Shown piece by piece: positions 1-8,772 of a stretch of 64,000 bases of DNA. The DNA comes from an uncultured Solibacteraceae bacterium (lineage in GTDB: Bacteria; Acidobacteriota; Vicinamibacteria; Vicinamibacterales; SCN-69-37): assembly GCA_964343975.1 (NCBI GenBank), contig CAYFLU010000002.1, forward strand, positions 7,082-71,081, in the 5' to 3' direction. The position numbers and the translations under genes were made by a program. Below the pieces are notes generated by a model that worked only from the letters and a program-made list of their open reading frames with translations, made no database searches and was not told the origin of the DNA. Position 1 is the stretch's first letter. The number at the start of each line of letters is the position of its first letter.

Positions 1-1
1 G

Positions 2-229
2 GCTCCGGTCGAGGAAGAACTCCGGGCCTTCGCGCGACGCAGTGTCTTTGCGATGCGCGACATTCCGGCCGGCGCGGTGTTGGCGGCGGCTGATCTTGCG
101 GTCCTCCGCAATGGCGCGCACACGCCGGGCGTGTCGCCGGACGCGATGGCCGGATTGGTCGGACGCCGCGTACGCATCGGGCTCGCCGCCAACCGACCGA
201 TCCAGTGGCGGGATCTCGAGGACGCGTGA
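2..229 (+). CDS. pseI: Sialic-acid-synthase family protein, C-terminal SAF (antifreeze-like) domain only. The 5' end is outside the window. Likely pseudaminic acid synthase.
   Basis: The frame is open from the window edge to TGA 227-229. It translates to APVEEELRAFARRSVFAMRDIPAGAVLAAADLAVLRNGAHTPGVSPDAMAGLVGRRVRIGLAANRPIQWRDLEDA, which matches the NeuB/PseI SAF-domain pattern. PseH-like and PseG-like genes follow directly. It is absent from the ORF track because it is 5'-truncated. Confidence 0.7.
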   Translation, partial: APVEEELRAFARRSVFAMRDIPAGAVLAAADLAVLRNGAHTPGVSPDAMAGLVGRRVRIGLAANRPIQWRDLEDA

Positions 230-699
230 TCGGGATTTCCGTTCGACCGGCGACTACGGACGATTGCCGTCGCTACTGGGAGTGGGCCAACGATCCAGTG
301 GTGCGCGCCGCGTCGTTCACGACGGCACCGATTCCGTGGGAGCAGCATGTGAAGTGGTTCGGTGCCCGTCTCGCCGAGCGTGTGCCGCTCTACGTCGTCG
401 TTGGAGACGGCGGCGCGCTCCTCGGCCAGGTGCGATTCGACCCGCAGCCCGATGGTGCCTTCGCGGTCGGCATCAGTCTCGATGTGGCGGCACGTGGACG
501 AGGATGGGCCGCGCCGGCGTTGCGGGCGGGCTGTGACGCGCTGCGACGGGATCGGCCATCGGCGTTGATCGTTGCCTACGTGCGAGCGGAGAACGCGCCG
601 TCGCTCTCGGCGTTTGTGCGGGCGGGCTTTCGGTCCACGGGATCCGTCCGGGTCCACGACTGCGACGCGGTGCGGCTGGAGTTGGCCCCGTGTCGGTGA
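226..699 (+). CDS. pseH: Small GNAT-family N-acetyltransferase, PseH-like
   Basis: Lies in the frame of track ORF 205..699. I place the start at GTG 226, which gives a GTGA overlap with the upstream stop. The N-terminus VRPATTDDCRRYWEWANDPVVRAASF and the RGRGWAAPAL loop are typical of small sugar-nucleotide GNATs. It sits between the synthase and the PseG-like gene. Confidence 0.6.
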   Translation: MIGISVRPATTDDCRRYWEWANDPVVRAASFTTAPIPWEQHVKWFGARLAERVPLYVVVGDGGALLGQVRFDPQPDGAFAVGISLDVAARGRGWAAPALRAGCDALRRDRPSALIVAYVRAENAPSLSAFVRAGFRSTGSVRVHDCDAVRLELAPCR

Positions 700-1718
700 A
701 TCCTACGGTCTTGTTCCGTGTCGAGGCGGGCGTCGGTGTCGGGCTGGGGCATCTGCAGCGGTGTCTGGCGCTCGCAGAAGCGCTGGCAGAGCGAGGCGCG
801 CGCCCGGCCTTTCTCCTGCCGCCGTCCGAGGATGCCCGCGGCCGGCTGAGTGCGGCAGGTTTTCCCGGCAGCGACCTCTCGGCAGTGTCGGGAAGTCAGG
901 AAGATGCCGCCGACGTCGTCGCGCGCGCGCACGCGATCAACGCCGCCATCGTCATCGTCGACTCGTACACCGTGGGGGCCGCGTATTTGGACGTCCTGCG
1001 CACGAGCGGAATGCGCGTCGTTGTCCTCGACGATCTGGCGCGCGAAACGCTGCCGGCGCACGTCGTGATCAATGGCGGCGCGCAAGCCCGGTCGATGGCG
1101 TACCGATCGAGTACCGGAGACACGCGCTTCTTGCTTGGACCGGAGTTCGCGCTGCTCGCGCGCGATGTGGTCCCGCGCACGGTGCGTCCGATTGCGCAGG
1201 TCGAGCAGGTGTTGGTGACGGTCGGCGGCGATGATCCGCATGACGCGTTGGTGCCGTGTATCGAGGCGGTGGCGGCCGTCGGGGCGTTGCACATCACGGC
1301 GGTGGTAGGACCATTCAGCCACCGTGGTGCTGCGGTGCACGCGGTGGCCGAACGTTCGCCCGTGCCGGTCACCGTCATCGAGGGCGCGCGAGGTTTGCGT
1401 GCGCTGATTGCCGAGACGGACATCGCGGTGTCTGCCGGTGGCCAGACACTCTATGAGCTGGCGGTGGCCGGTACGCCGACAATCGCGGTGCCGCTCTTCG
1501 ACAACCAACGCGGCAGCGTCGATGCCCTTGTTGCTGCCGGTGCGGTCGTGGCGGTGGACGGATTCGGCACGCCCGGCTTCAGAGCCCGCCTCACACACGC
1601 TGTGGCCTCGCTGTGCGCCGATCTGCCTGCACGCGAGCGTCTGCGGGCGGCAGCCCGTGCGCTCGTGGATGGACTCGGCGCCGGGCGCGCCGCCGACGTC
1701 GTTTTGGAAGGTGCATGA
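690..1718 (+). CDS. pseG: PseG-like UDP-sugar hydrolase (GT28-type fold)
   Basis: The N-terminal signature is LFRVEAGVGVGLGHLQRCLALAEAL. The C-terminal half is GT28-like (VSAGGQTLYELAVAGTPTIAVPLFDNQ). An alternative start at GTG 696 would give a GTGA overlap. Confidence 0.7.
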   Translation: MSVNPTVLFRVEAGVGVGLGHLQRCLALAEALAERGARPAFLLPPSEDARGRLSAAGFPGSDLSAVSGSQEDAADVVARAHAINAAIVIVDSYTVGAAYLDVLRTSGMRVVVLDDLARETLPAHVVINGGAQARSMAYRSSTGDTRFLLGPEFALLARDVVPRTVRPIAQVEQVLVTVGGDDPHDALVPCIEAVAAVGALHITAVVGPFSHRGAAVHAVAERSPVPVTVIEGARGLRALIAETDIAVSAGGQTLYELAVAGTPTIAVPLFDNQRGSVDALVAAGAVVAVDGFGTPGFRARLTHAVASLCADLPARERLRAAARALVDGLGAGRAADVVLEGA

Positions 1719-2992
1719 GAGCGGCGTTTCTCGTGAGCCGGCGGCCCTGGTTCCAGCTCCTTGGTCCCACGATGCTCGCCGCGCGTGAACACGGCTGGGA
1801 TGTGGAGTGCTGGCACGACTACCGCCAGCCCAGCGATGGTGCGAAGGGCTACCAGTTTCCTGCGCTCGATTCAGCGGACGGTCTCACCGCGCGTGGCGTC
1901 CAGAGTCGCGCGTGTCACAGCACCGAGGAACTGTCGTCGTGGCTCGCCCGCACGGATCTCGACGCGCTCGTCTCGCTGCGCACGAGCCAGTTGCCCGCAC
2001 CCGCGAATGGCGCGCGCGGGCCGCTGCTGGTCGAACAACAGCACGTGCTGGATACGTTCGTTGTGCAACGTGCATCGGCACTCCTGACACGTGATCTCAT
2101 CTCGATTGCGAGCCCGTGGTGGATCAACTGGGCAGCGTCCTGGTATGCGCAAGAACGCGAAATCGATGACTTGGCGTCGTACGAGCGTGCCGTTCTCGCC
2201 CGTTGCGCGGCCGTTGGGATGCCGGCGCTCGATGTCGCGCGAGAGATCGACCAATGTGCTGTACGAGCGCGCTGGGGTATTCCCGCGTCGCAGCCTGTGG
2301 TTGTGCTGTTTCCGTTTCCTGCCGGCGTGGGCCAAGAGGCTTTCTGGCCGAAACACATCTTCGCAGAAGCCAGCGTGGCACGAAAGCTGGCGAGGATTAT
2401 CCGACACGGTCGGTACGAGTATCTTCCGGACGTCTGGCGCAGGTGCGATGATGCCAACGTCGTCGCAGCGCTGCGGCGGTTCTGCGACCTCAACGGAGCA
2501 TACCTGCTTGTGAAAGCGCGACAGAAGACACCCGTGCCTCACTACCTAGAGGCCGCAGCAGACCGGTGCGTCTACGACGAGCATGTGTATCCGGGCACGG
2601 TTTTCGAAGCCCTCTCGATCGCAAGTTTGTCCGTAGGACATTTCACGACCGCCGCGATCGAATCGGTGGCGTTGGGGATCCCGCATCTCTGCATTCCGTT
2701 TTCGGCCGATCACTACTTCCCCGCGTCGGCCACGATGAACATCCGCTCGTTCGAGCACTTCTTCTCGACGGCTGAAGGCGGTCCGTTCCAGTTCACCGGC
2801 GCCAGCACGGTCATGACGGTACCGGATGTTCTCGCGCGTCTCGGCCAGATGGATCTGTCGGCCTTCCGCATGGAGGAAGCGGCGCGACGCCGTTACGTCG
2901 AGAAGTTCGTGTCCCACGCCGATGGTCGCGCGGGTGAGCGCCTCGTTTCAGCCATGGCCGCGGCGGTCACCGCACGGCGTCAGGAGAGTTGA
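1715..2992 (+). CDS. Hypothetical protein, possibly a GT-B-fold transferase
   Basis: Internal ATG 1715 of track ORF 1613..2992 forms an ATGA overlap with the pseG stop. The C-terminal segment SVGHFTTAAIESVALGIPHLCIP resembles a GT-B nucleotide-binding half. I recognise no firm family. Confidence 0.45.
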   Translation: MRAAFLVSRRPWFQLLGPTMLAAREHGWDVECWHDYRQPSDGAKGYQFPALDSADGLTARGVQSRACHSTEELSSWLARTDLDALVSLRTSQLPAPANGARGPLLVEQQHVLDTFVVQRASALLTRDLISIASPWWINWAASWYAQEREIDDLASYERAVLARCAAVGMPALDVAREIDQCAVRARWGIPASQPVVVLFPFPAGVGQEAFWPKHIFAEASVARKLARIIRHGRYEYLPDVWRRCDDANVVAALRRFCDLNGAYLLVKARQKTPVPHYLEAAADRCVYDEHVYPGTVFEALSIASLSVGHFTTAAIESVALGIPHLCIPFSADHYFPASATMNIRSFEHFFSTAEGGPFQFTGASTVMTVPDVLARLGQMDLSAFRMEEAARRRYVEKFVSHADGRAGERLVSAMAAAVTARRQES

Positions 2993-2997
2993 TCGAC

Positions 2998-5097
2998 ATG
3001 CATCGCGTATTCCTCGGTGACCTGACGCACGCGTCTCCGCTCGGCTGGGGCACCGAGACCATGCCCTACGGCGTCGGGTGCCTCAAGGCCTGGCTGATGG
3101 CGCATTCGCCTCATGCCGCGGCGCTCGACGTGCGGATCTTCAAACATCCGCAACGTTTCATCGATGCGTGCCTGGCCGAGCCGCCGGCCATCATCGGGCT
3201 CTCCAACTACATGTGGAACCTCGATCTGTCGTACTCGATCGTGGAGGCCATCAAGGCGGAACGTCCCGACGTGTTCGTCGTATTCGGCGGCCCCAATTAC
3301 CCGCTGGACGATGGGGATCGGGAGCGCTGGTTGCGCCGGCATCCGGCCGTTGACGTCCACGTGTCCGGCGAAGGCGAGGCGCCATTCACAGCGCTGGTGG
3401 ACGCGTGGCTTGCGCACTCGGGGAACATCGGGGCCGTGAAATGCACGCCGATTCCGGGCGTCCATGCGCTCGTCGACGGCCGCCTGCTGAAACACGGCGA
3501 CACGGGCGCGCGGACCACGAATCTCGACTTGATTCCTTCGCCGTATCTCGCGGGGTATCTCGACGAGTTCCTCGAGGACGTGACGATCGTGCCGCTGCTC
3601 GAGAGCAACCGCGGCTGTCCCTTCACGTGCACGTTCTGCGTGGACGGGATTGGTGCGCGCACGAAGGTGCACTGGAAGACCGCCAGCCGATTCGAGGAGG
3701 AACTCCGCTACGTCGCGGCCCGTTACTGCGGCAAGGTCCTGGATCTGGCGGACGTGAACTTCGGGATGTACAAGCAGGACGTCGAGGTCACGAAGGCGAT
3801 CGTGCGCGTGCGGGAGCAGTACGGGTACCCGGCGTACGTGCATGTCGCGACGGGAAAGAATCAGAAGAGCCGCGTGCTCGAGTGCGTCGATCTGCTGGAC
3901 GGAAGCCTGCGCGTGTCGGCGTCTGTGCAGTCGCTGGATCCCGAAGTGCTGGAGAACATCAAGCGGGAGAACATCGCCGCGGAGGAACTCGTGCAGGTGG
4001 CGCGGGCGTTCAATGCCGTCGATGCCAATACCTACTCGGAGGTCATCCTCGGGTTGCCCGGTGACACCAAGGCGAAGCACATCGACTCGGTGCTCAAGCT
4101 CGCCGACGCCGACATGAAGCTCATCTCGATGTTCACCCTGATGATGCTGGACGGCACGGAACTGACCACGCCCGCGTCGATGGCGCGGTGGCAGCTCCAG
4201 ACCCGATTCCGGATCGTGCCGCGGTGTTTTGGCGCGTATCGGTTCCGCGATCGCTGGCTGTTGTCGGCGGAGCCGGAGGAAGTCGCCGTCGCGTCGAGCA
4301 CGATGTCGTTCGACGATTACCTCGAGTGCCGACGGTTTGCCCTGACGATGGGGCTGTTCTTTCAGGACCGGATCCTGTACGAGCTCTACGGCTTCCTGCG
4401 AGTCTGCGGCGTGCCGGCATCGGCGTTCCTCCGGCTCCTGCACGAGCGCGAGGCGGCATTTCCTGCGCCGATTCGGGCGTTGTACCAATCCTTCAATGAG
4501 GCGACGCGCGACGAACTGTGGACGAGCAAGGACGCGCTGGTCGCGTTCGTCAAGAACGATCCCAAGGTGATCGACCGGTATGTGGCCGGAGAACTCGGCA
4601 ACAACGTCGTGTTTCGCCATCGGGCGCTGGCGTTTCTCCACCTGGTCGACGACATTCACGACACGGCGTTTGGCATCGCCGGAGAACTCGCGGCGCAGTA
4701 TGCGCCGGATCGTGCCGAGGACGCGGCGCTGTATCTGGCGGAACTGGCCGCGTACAGCCGGTTGCGCAAGCGCGATTTGTTCGGGCCGCCCGTGCGCCTG
4801 TCGGCGATGTTCCACTACGATTTCGCGCGCTTGCAGGCCGAGGAATTCCAGCAGTGGCCGGAACGCCGGGCGGAGCCGGTGGAGGTGATCTTCGAACATA
4901 CGCCCGAGCAAGTAGCGATGCTCGAGAGCCAGTACGCCCAGTACGGTCGCGAAGTAAATGCTATCGGCCGCATCATCTCGCGCATCGCGACGTCGAAATT
5001 GCAGCGCACGGTTCGATTCGGGACGGAGACCAGCGCGCCGTCTGGCGACTTCGGTGCCGGGGCCGGCACGCAGCGGTCGCCGGCCGAGTTCATCTGA
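2998..5097 (+). CDS. B12-binding-domain radical SAM protein with a long C-terminal extension
   Basis: The cluster motif is CPFTCTFC (CX3CX2C) within LESNRGCPFTCTFCVDG. Upstream is a Rossmann-like cobalamin-type segment (IIGLSNYMWNLDLSYSIVEAIKAERPDVFVVFGGPNYP). I chose ATG 2998 because GGAGA lies about 10 nt upstream. The track start TTG 2989 is the alternative. Confidence 0.8.
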   Translation: MHRVFLGDLTHASPLGWGTETMPYGVGCLKAWLMAHSPHAAALDVRIFKHPQRFIDACLAEPPAIIGLSNYMWNLDLSYSIVEAIKAERPDVFVVFGGPNYPLDDGDRERWLRRHPAVDVHVSGEGEAPFTALVDAWLAHSGNIGAVKCTPIPGVHALVDGRLLKHGDTGARTTNLDLIPSPYLAGYLDEFLEDVTIVPLLESNRGCPFTCTFCVDGIGARTKVHWKTASRFEEELRYVAARYCGKVLDLADVNFGMYKQDVEVTKAIVRVREQYGYPAYVHVATGKNQKSRVLECVDLLDGSLRVSASVQSLDPEVLENIKRENIAAEELVQVARAFNAVDANTYSEVILGLPGDTKAKHIDSVLKLADADMKLISMFTLMMLDGTELTTPASMARWQLQTRFRIVPRCFGAYRFRDRWLLSAEPEEVAVASSTMSFDDYLECRRFALTMGLFFQDRILYELYGFLRVCGVPASAFLRLLHEREAAFPAPIRALYQSFNEATRDELWTSKDALVAFVKNDPKVIDRYVAGELGNNVVFRHRALAFLHLVDDIHDTAFGIAGELAAQYAPDRAEDAALYLAELAAYSRLRKRDLFGPPVRLSAMFHYDFARLQAEEFQQWPERRAEPVEVIFEHTPEQVAMLESQYAQYGREVNAIGRIISRIATSKLQRTVRFGTETSAPSGDFGAGAGTQRSPAEFI

Positions 5098-6056
5098 TGC
5101 AACGACTGAAGCACGCGCACCGGGGCGATCGCGCACTCGTGATCTTCGGCGGGCCGTCGTCGCTCGCGACCGGGTTTGATTTCAGCTGGCTCCGTCGATG
5201 CGGGTTCGTGACGTTGCTCGAGACGAAGGCGCTGACGCCGGGATTCCTGCGGAGCGCCTGTCCGCCGGACTACTACCTGATGTTGTTTCCGGAGAAGGCC
5301 AAGGACAACACCCTCCAACATTGGGTGTATCGATCCTTGCTCGCGCACACCAACATCGATTGGCTGCTGAAGAAGCCGTATCGGCCAGTGGCGCGTGAGC
5401 TGCGCGAGAACCTCGACCGGAATCTCGAAGTCTGGCGCCCACATCGCGGGCCGCACAAGAACTACAAGTGGCGTCCGGATGTCTATCTCCGCGACTCCCC
5501 GTACGAGTTGCTCGCGCAAGCGCCGACGTCGAAGGTCATTGCCTGCCGAAGTCTGCGGGAGCAGTACTTCCCACATTACGCGTACGAAGACCGGACCTAC
5601 TACTTCGACCAGCGGTTCGACGACTCGGCCTTCGACCTGCAGCGGTACTTCGAGCCTGTTGAAGAGAACGGGCAGGTGCTCGTGGGCGGCGGTCGGACGT
5701 TCATGAATTCGGCAGCCATCGCGCTGTACCCCTTGCTGCACTACATGGGGTTTGCGGAGGTCTATTTCATGGGGATGGACATGTCCATCCTCGGCTCCTT
5801 CGAATACGCGGCGCCGTATACGTTCCAGTCGATGCTGCACTTCTGGTGGTTCTTGCGTCGCCATGGCCGGGTGTTCAACGGCAATTACCGCGCGAATGGC
5901 TGGATGTTCAAGCGGCCGCAGAGCGAGTTCGACGATCTACGGCTGCTGTGGCGCGACGCGCCGCTGCGTTTCACACGCGTGTACACGCCCTGGACCTACG
6001 CCTCGCCGATCGAGGGGCTTCCGACAATCTCGCCGGAAGCGTTGATGCGTCTGTGA
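5097..6056 (+). CDS. DUF115/MptE-like (Maf-like) protein, a candidate nonulosonate transferase
   Basis: Internal ATG 5097 gives a TGATG junction with the radical SAM stop. Motifs are RALVIFGGPSSL (GNGPSL-like), PDYYLMLFPEK, and SAAIALYPLLHYMGFAEVYFMGMDMS (G-x-D-like). The assignment is by motif memory only. Confidence 0.45.
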   Translation: MQRLKHAHRGDRALVIFGGPSSLATGFDFSWLRRCGFVTLLETKALTPGFLRSACPPDYYLMLFPEKAKDNTLQHWVYRSLLAHTNIDWLLKKPYRPVARELRENLDRNLEVWRPHRGPHKNYKWRPDVYLRDSPYELLAQAPTSKVIACRSLREQYFPHYAYEDRTYYFDQRFDDSAFDLQRYFEPVEENGQVLVGGGRTFMNSAAIALYPLLHYMGFAEVYFMGMDMSILGSFEYAAPYTFQSMLHFWWFLRRHGRVFNGNYRANGWMFKRPQSEFDDLRLLWRDAPLRFTRVYTPWTYASPIEGLPTISPEALMRL

Positions 6057-7357
6057 GCCGTCCGCGTCTCGCGATCGTGTTCTGCGCCCACCACAAACCG
6101 TGGCTGCTCATGTCCTCGTGGCTCACGCTGCTCGCGCAGGAGCCGGAAGCGGCCGACATCTTCGTGGCCTACAACATCGGCGACGGACGGGTGCCGCGCG
6201 CGTCGTACGCGGAGTTCGACGCGCTCACACGCGAGACCGGGACGAATACGCAACTGTCGCCCTTCGATCCGCGCGTCCGGGAAATCGCGCGGGTGCGCGG
6301 CCGGCGGGTGGTGGAGCTTGAGTACGAGAACGATCAGGCGCTCGATTCCGGGACCTGGTACAAGTTCATCCGCGACGGGCACTGGCGCGACTACGACTAC
6401 ACCCTGTGTGTTGGGGAAGGGACGTTGTTCGCCCACCCGTACCTGCTGCGGGCCCTGGTGGCCTTTGCCGATGCGCGCGGTGCGCACTTCATCGCCTCGG
6501 GTCACGAGAAGCGCCGCCTGCCGCGGGCCCTTGTGGAGCGCCTGATCGCCCGCGGGAACACGCCGACGCCGCTCGACGCCCTGCATGAACGGATGGTCGC
6601 CCGCGCCTTCGAGATCTTCGGCCGGGATCCAGCTTTTGCCGCCGTGTACGACCAGTGGGGGAGCGGATTCGCGCCGGAGACCGAACATCACGTGCCGATC
6701 GTCAGCGGTGATTGGCCCGCGATGCGGAAGCTGCGCGCGCATTGGCAGCGTCGTTTCGGCCCGACATCGGAGCACCTGCCGCCGTCGTGGGCTGGGCGTC
6801 TGCTCCAGCGGCTGCCCGATACCCTTGACCGCTGGGCGTCGGCCGCGGCGCTCGGCGCGGATGCCCGGGTGCCCCCGGTCTTCTCGGCGCACGCGTATCC
6901 GGCCGGACGCTTCGCGCCTGCTTCAATCCCGGCCGTGGAATCGGCGGCGCATTTCGGTGTGACGTTCCATCGGGTGGTCGAGCCCGAGTGGTTTGGCTGT
7001 GCCACCAATCACCTGTTCTCGCGCGCATTCCTGGAACGCTTTCACGAGAAGATCGTGGCCTTCGATCTGCTCGACGCGATCGACCTGCCGTTCGCGGGCA
7101 CGCCGTTGGAGGTCATCTGGGGGCTGCTGCCCGCGTGGCTGGGTGTCGACAAGTGGTTCACCAACGGCTTCCACCGTGTGCGGAAGAACTTCGTGACGTA
7201 CCAACGCGAAGACACGGCGTCGGTCATGGCCAGTTACATCAACCGGTATCACCGGGGCCGCGTCGTCGTGGGATGGCGCGGCGACTTCCTGAAACTCCAG
7301 GCTTGGCGGCCGTCACTTGGTGATCTCGCCGCGCAGCTCCCCGAGGCATACTTCTAG
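6053..7357 (+). CDS. Hypothetical protein, possibly GT-A-like at the N-terminus
   Basis: GTG 6053 gives a GTGA overlap with the upstream stop. It begins RLAIVFCAHHKPWLL. I recognise no conserved catalytic motif. Confidence 0.45.
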   Translation: MSRPRLAIVFCAHHKPWLLMSSWLTLLAQEPEAADIFVAYNIGDGRVPRASYAEFDALTRETGTNTQLSPFDPRVREIARVRGRRVVELEYENDQALDSGTWYKFIRDGHWRDYDYTLCVGEGTLFAHPYLLRALVAFADARGAHFIASGHEKRRLPRALVERLIARGNTPTPLDALHERMVARAFEIFGRDPAFAAVYDQWGSGFAPETEHHVPIVSGDWPAMRKLRAHWQRRFGPTSEHLPPSWAGRLLQRLPDTLDRWASAAALGADARVPPVFSAHAYPAGRFAPASIPAVESAAHFGVTFHRVVEPEWFGCATNHLFSRAFLERFHEKIVAFDLLDAIDLPFAGTPLEVIWGLLPAWLGVDKWFTNGFHRVRKNFVTYQREDTASVMASYINRYHRGRVVVGWRGDFLKLQAWRPSLGDLAAQLPEAYF

Positions 7358-7360
7358 GTC

Positions 7361-8047
7361 ATGACGCCGACGGTCGGAGTGTTCTCGTTCGGGCGAGTGC
7401 AGAGCCAGCGCTGCGCCAACAAGATGCTGCGGCCGTTTGCCGGTACGACACTCGTCGACATCGCGCTGCAGAAGCTCCACGCGTTTACGCCGGCTGCCTT
7501 CTTCGCCGGACTCGAGCCGGTGTTCGCCGAGAAATGTGCACAGCACGCCGTGCCGTACGTGCCGCGGGATCCGCGGAGCGCCACGATCGACGAGCCGATT
7601 ACGGACATCCTCTCGTTCCTGCGGGACGTGCCGTACTCGCATCTGCTCATCGTCAATGCGTGTCTGCCGTTCCTGCGCGTGGAGACGATTCGCGGGTTTC
7701 TCGAGCAGTGCGCTGCGGGAGGGCATGCGCCGGCGTTCGCCGTGCAGCGCCGGCAGAACCATTTCATCAGCCTGGAGCATCGGCCCCTCAATTTTCCGGC
7801 CGACATGAAGACCATCAACAGCAAGACCGTGCAGCCCGTGCTCGAATTCGCGCACGCGTTGTATTTCTTCGAGCGCGACTACTTCTTCACGCACGGGCGC
7901 TACTGGGATTGGGCCACGGTGCGGTTGCTCGAGGTCGCGGATCCCCGAGAGCTCGTCGACATCGACACGGAAGCGGACTTTGAGTTCGCAGAAGCACTGT
8001 GGCGCGGGACCGGCGGCACGTTTCGCCGGGCAGACGCCGCCCAATGA
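7361..8047 (+). CDS. Acylneuraminate/nonulosonate cytidylyltransferase family protein (PseF/NeuA/SpsF-like)
   Basis: The N-terminus GVFSFGRVQSQRCANKMLRPFAGTTLVDIAL fits the AR-x-GS-x-R-x-x-x-KN-x-x-x-x-G-x-x-L pattern. Its size is typical of the CTP-transferase domain. Confidence 0.65.
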   Translation: MTPTVGVFSFGRVQSQRCANKMLRPFAGTTLVDIALQKLHAFTPAAFFAGLEPVFAEKCAQHAVPYVPRDPRSATIDEPITDILSFLRDVPYSHLLIVNACLPFLRVETIRGFLEQCAAGGHAPAFAVQRRQNHFISLEHRPLNFPADMKTINSKTVQPVLEFAHALYFFERDYFFTHGRYWDWATVRLLEVADPRELVDIDTEADFEFAEALWRGTGGTFRRADAAQ

Positions 8048-8058
8048 GGACCTCACGC

Positions 8059-8772
8059 ATGACCATCATCGCGGAAATCGGCATCAACCATAACGGCAGC
8101 ATTCATCTCGCGCACGAGTTGATTCGTCAAGCGCGCCTGGTCGGCGCGGATGTGGCGAAGTTCCAGTTCTACGATCCGTACAAGATCTTCGGCCCGTCCG
8201 GCTCGTATCCGAACGCCGACGCGCTGGCGCAGGCGTTGACCGTGCAGTTCGGACTCGACGAAGCGCGTCAGCTCAAGGCGATGTGCGACGACGAAGGGAT
8301 CGAGTTCATGGCGTCGGTGTTCGACCTCGAGCGCTTCGGCTGGGTCGAGTCGCTGGGTGTCCGCCGACACAAGATCGCGAGCCGCGCCGTCGAAAATGCC
8401 GAGCTCTGCCGCCAGATGCTCGCGACCGGCAAGGAAACGTTCGTCTCACTCGGGTTCTGGGAAGGCGCCGCCGTGCCGTTCGCGGCGGCGAATGCGCGGT
8501 ATCTGCATTGCGTGCCGAAGTACCCCTGCGCGATGGCTGACGTGCACCTACCGGCCGCCTTCGCGGGCGCGCCCTATGTCGGGTTCAGCGATCACACGAT
8601 CGGCATCGAAGCGGCGTTGATCGCCGTCGCCCGCGGCGCGACGGTCATCGAGAAGCACTTCACGCTCAACAAGGGACTGGCCGGGCCCGACCACATCTGC
8701 AGTGCGACGCCCGCCGAACTGGCGGACCTCTGCAAGTACGCCCGCCTGATGGCCAAGGCGGTGCGGGTGTGA
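8059..8772 (+). CDS. NeuB-family nonulosonate synthase, TIM-barrel domain only (no SAF domain)
   Basis: Motifs are MTIIAEIGINHNGS, ADVAKFQ, and GFSDHTIGIEAALIAVARGATVIEKHFTLNK...GPDHICSATPAEL. The protein ends right after the barrel. GAGGA lies 8 nt upstream of ATG 8059. ATG 8044 is an alternative start. Confidence 0.75.
   Translation: MTIIAEIGINHNGSIHLAHELIRQARLVGADVAKFQFYDPYKIFGPSGSYPNADALAQALTVQFGLDEARQLKAMCDDEGIEFMASVFDLERFGWVESLGVRRHKIASRAVENAELCRQMLATGKETFVSLGFWEGAAVPFAAANARYLHCVPKYPCAMADVHLPAAFAGAPYVGFSDHTIGIEAALIAVARGATVIEKHFTLNKGLAGPDHICSATPAELADLCKYARLMAKAVRV

Noticed and set aside
42-536. Track ORFs 42..536 and 362..568 at the left edge.
   Set aside because: They overlap the SAF-domain tail and the PseH-like gene in other frames, and they translate to Arg/Cys/Trp-rich sequence without motifs.
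2980-5136. A 718-aa minus-strand ORF, the longest antisense ORF in the track.
   Set aside because: It mirrors the plus-strand radical SAM gene, which carries unambiguous motifs. The antisense translation is Arg/Pro/His/Gly-rich and low in complexity, with no motif. Such shadow ORFs are expected in GC-rich DNA. The same reasoning applies to 576..1598, 4815..5864, 5996..6892, 12165..13289, 21616..22623, 36211..37149, 50709..51872, 57422..58498 and 62356..63558 on the minus strand.
4518-6056. Long N-terminal extensions offered by the ORF track. Examples are 4518..6056, 5846..7357, 13794..15530, 16030..17205, 22898..24070, 27100..28689, 46422..48014, 52738..54309, 54057..56150 and 55580..58003.
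   Set aside because: The upstream portions overlap the preceding, well-supported gene in another frame and translate to Arg/Gly/Ala-rich filler. In every case an internal ATG or GTG sits exactly at the upstream stop codon, and the recognisable domain begins there. I used the internal starts.
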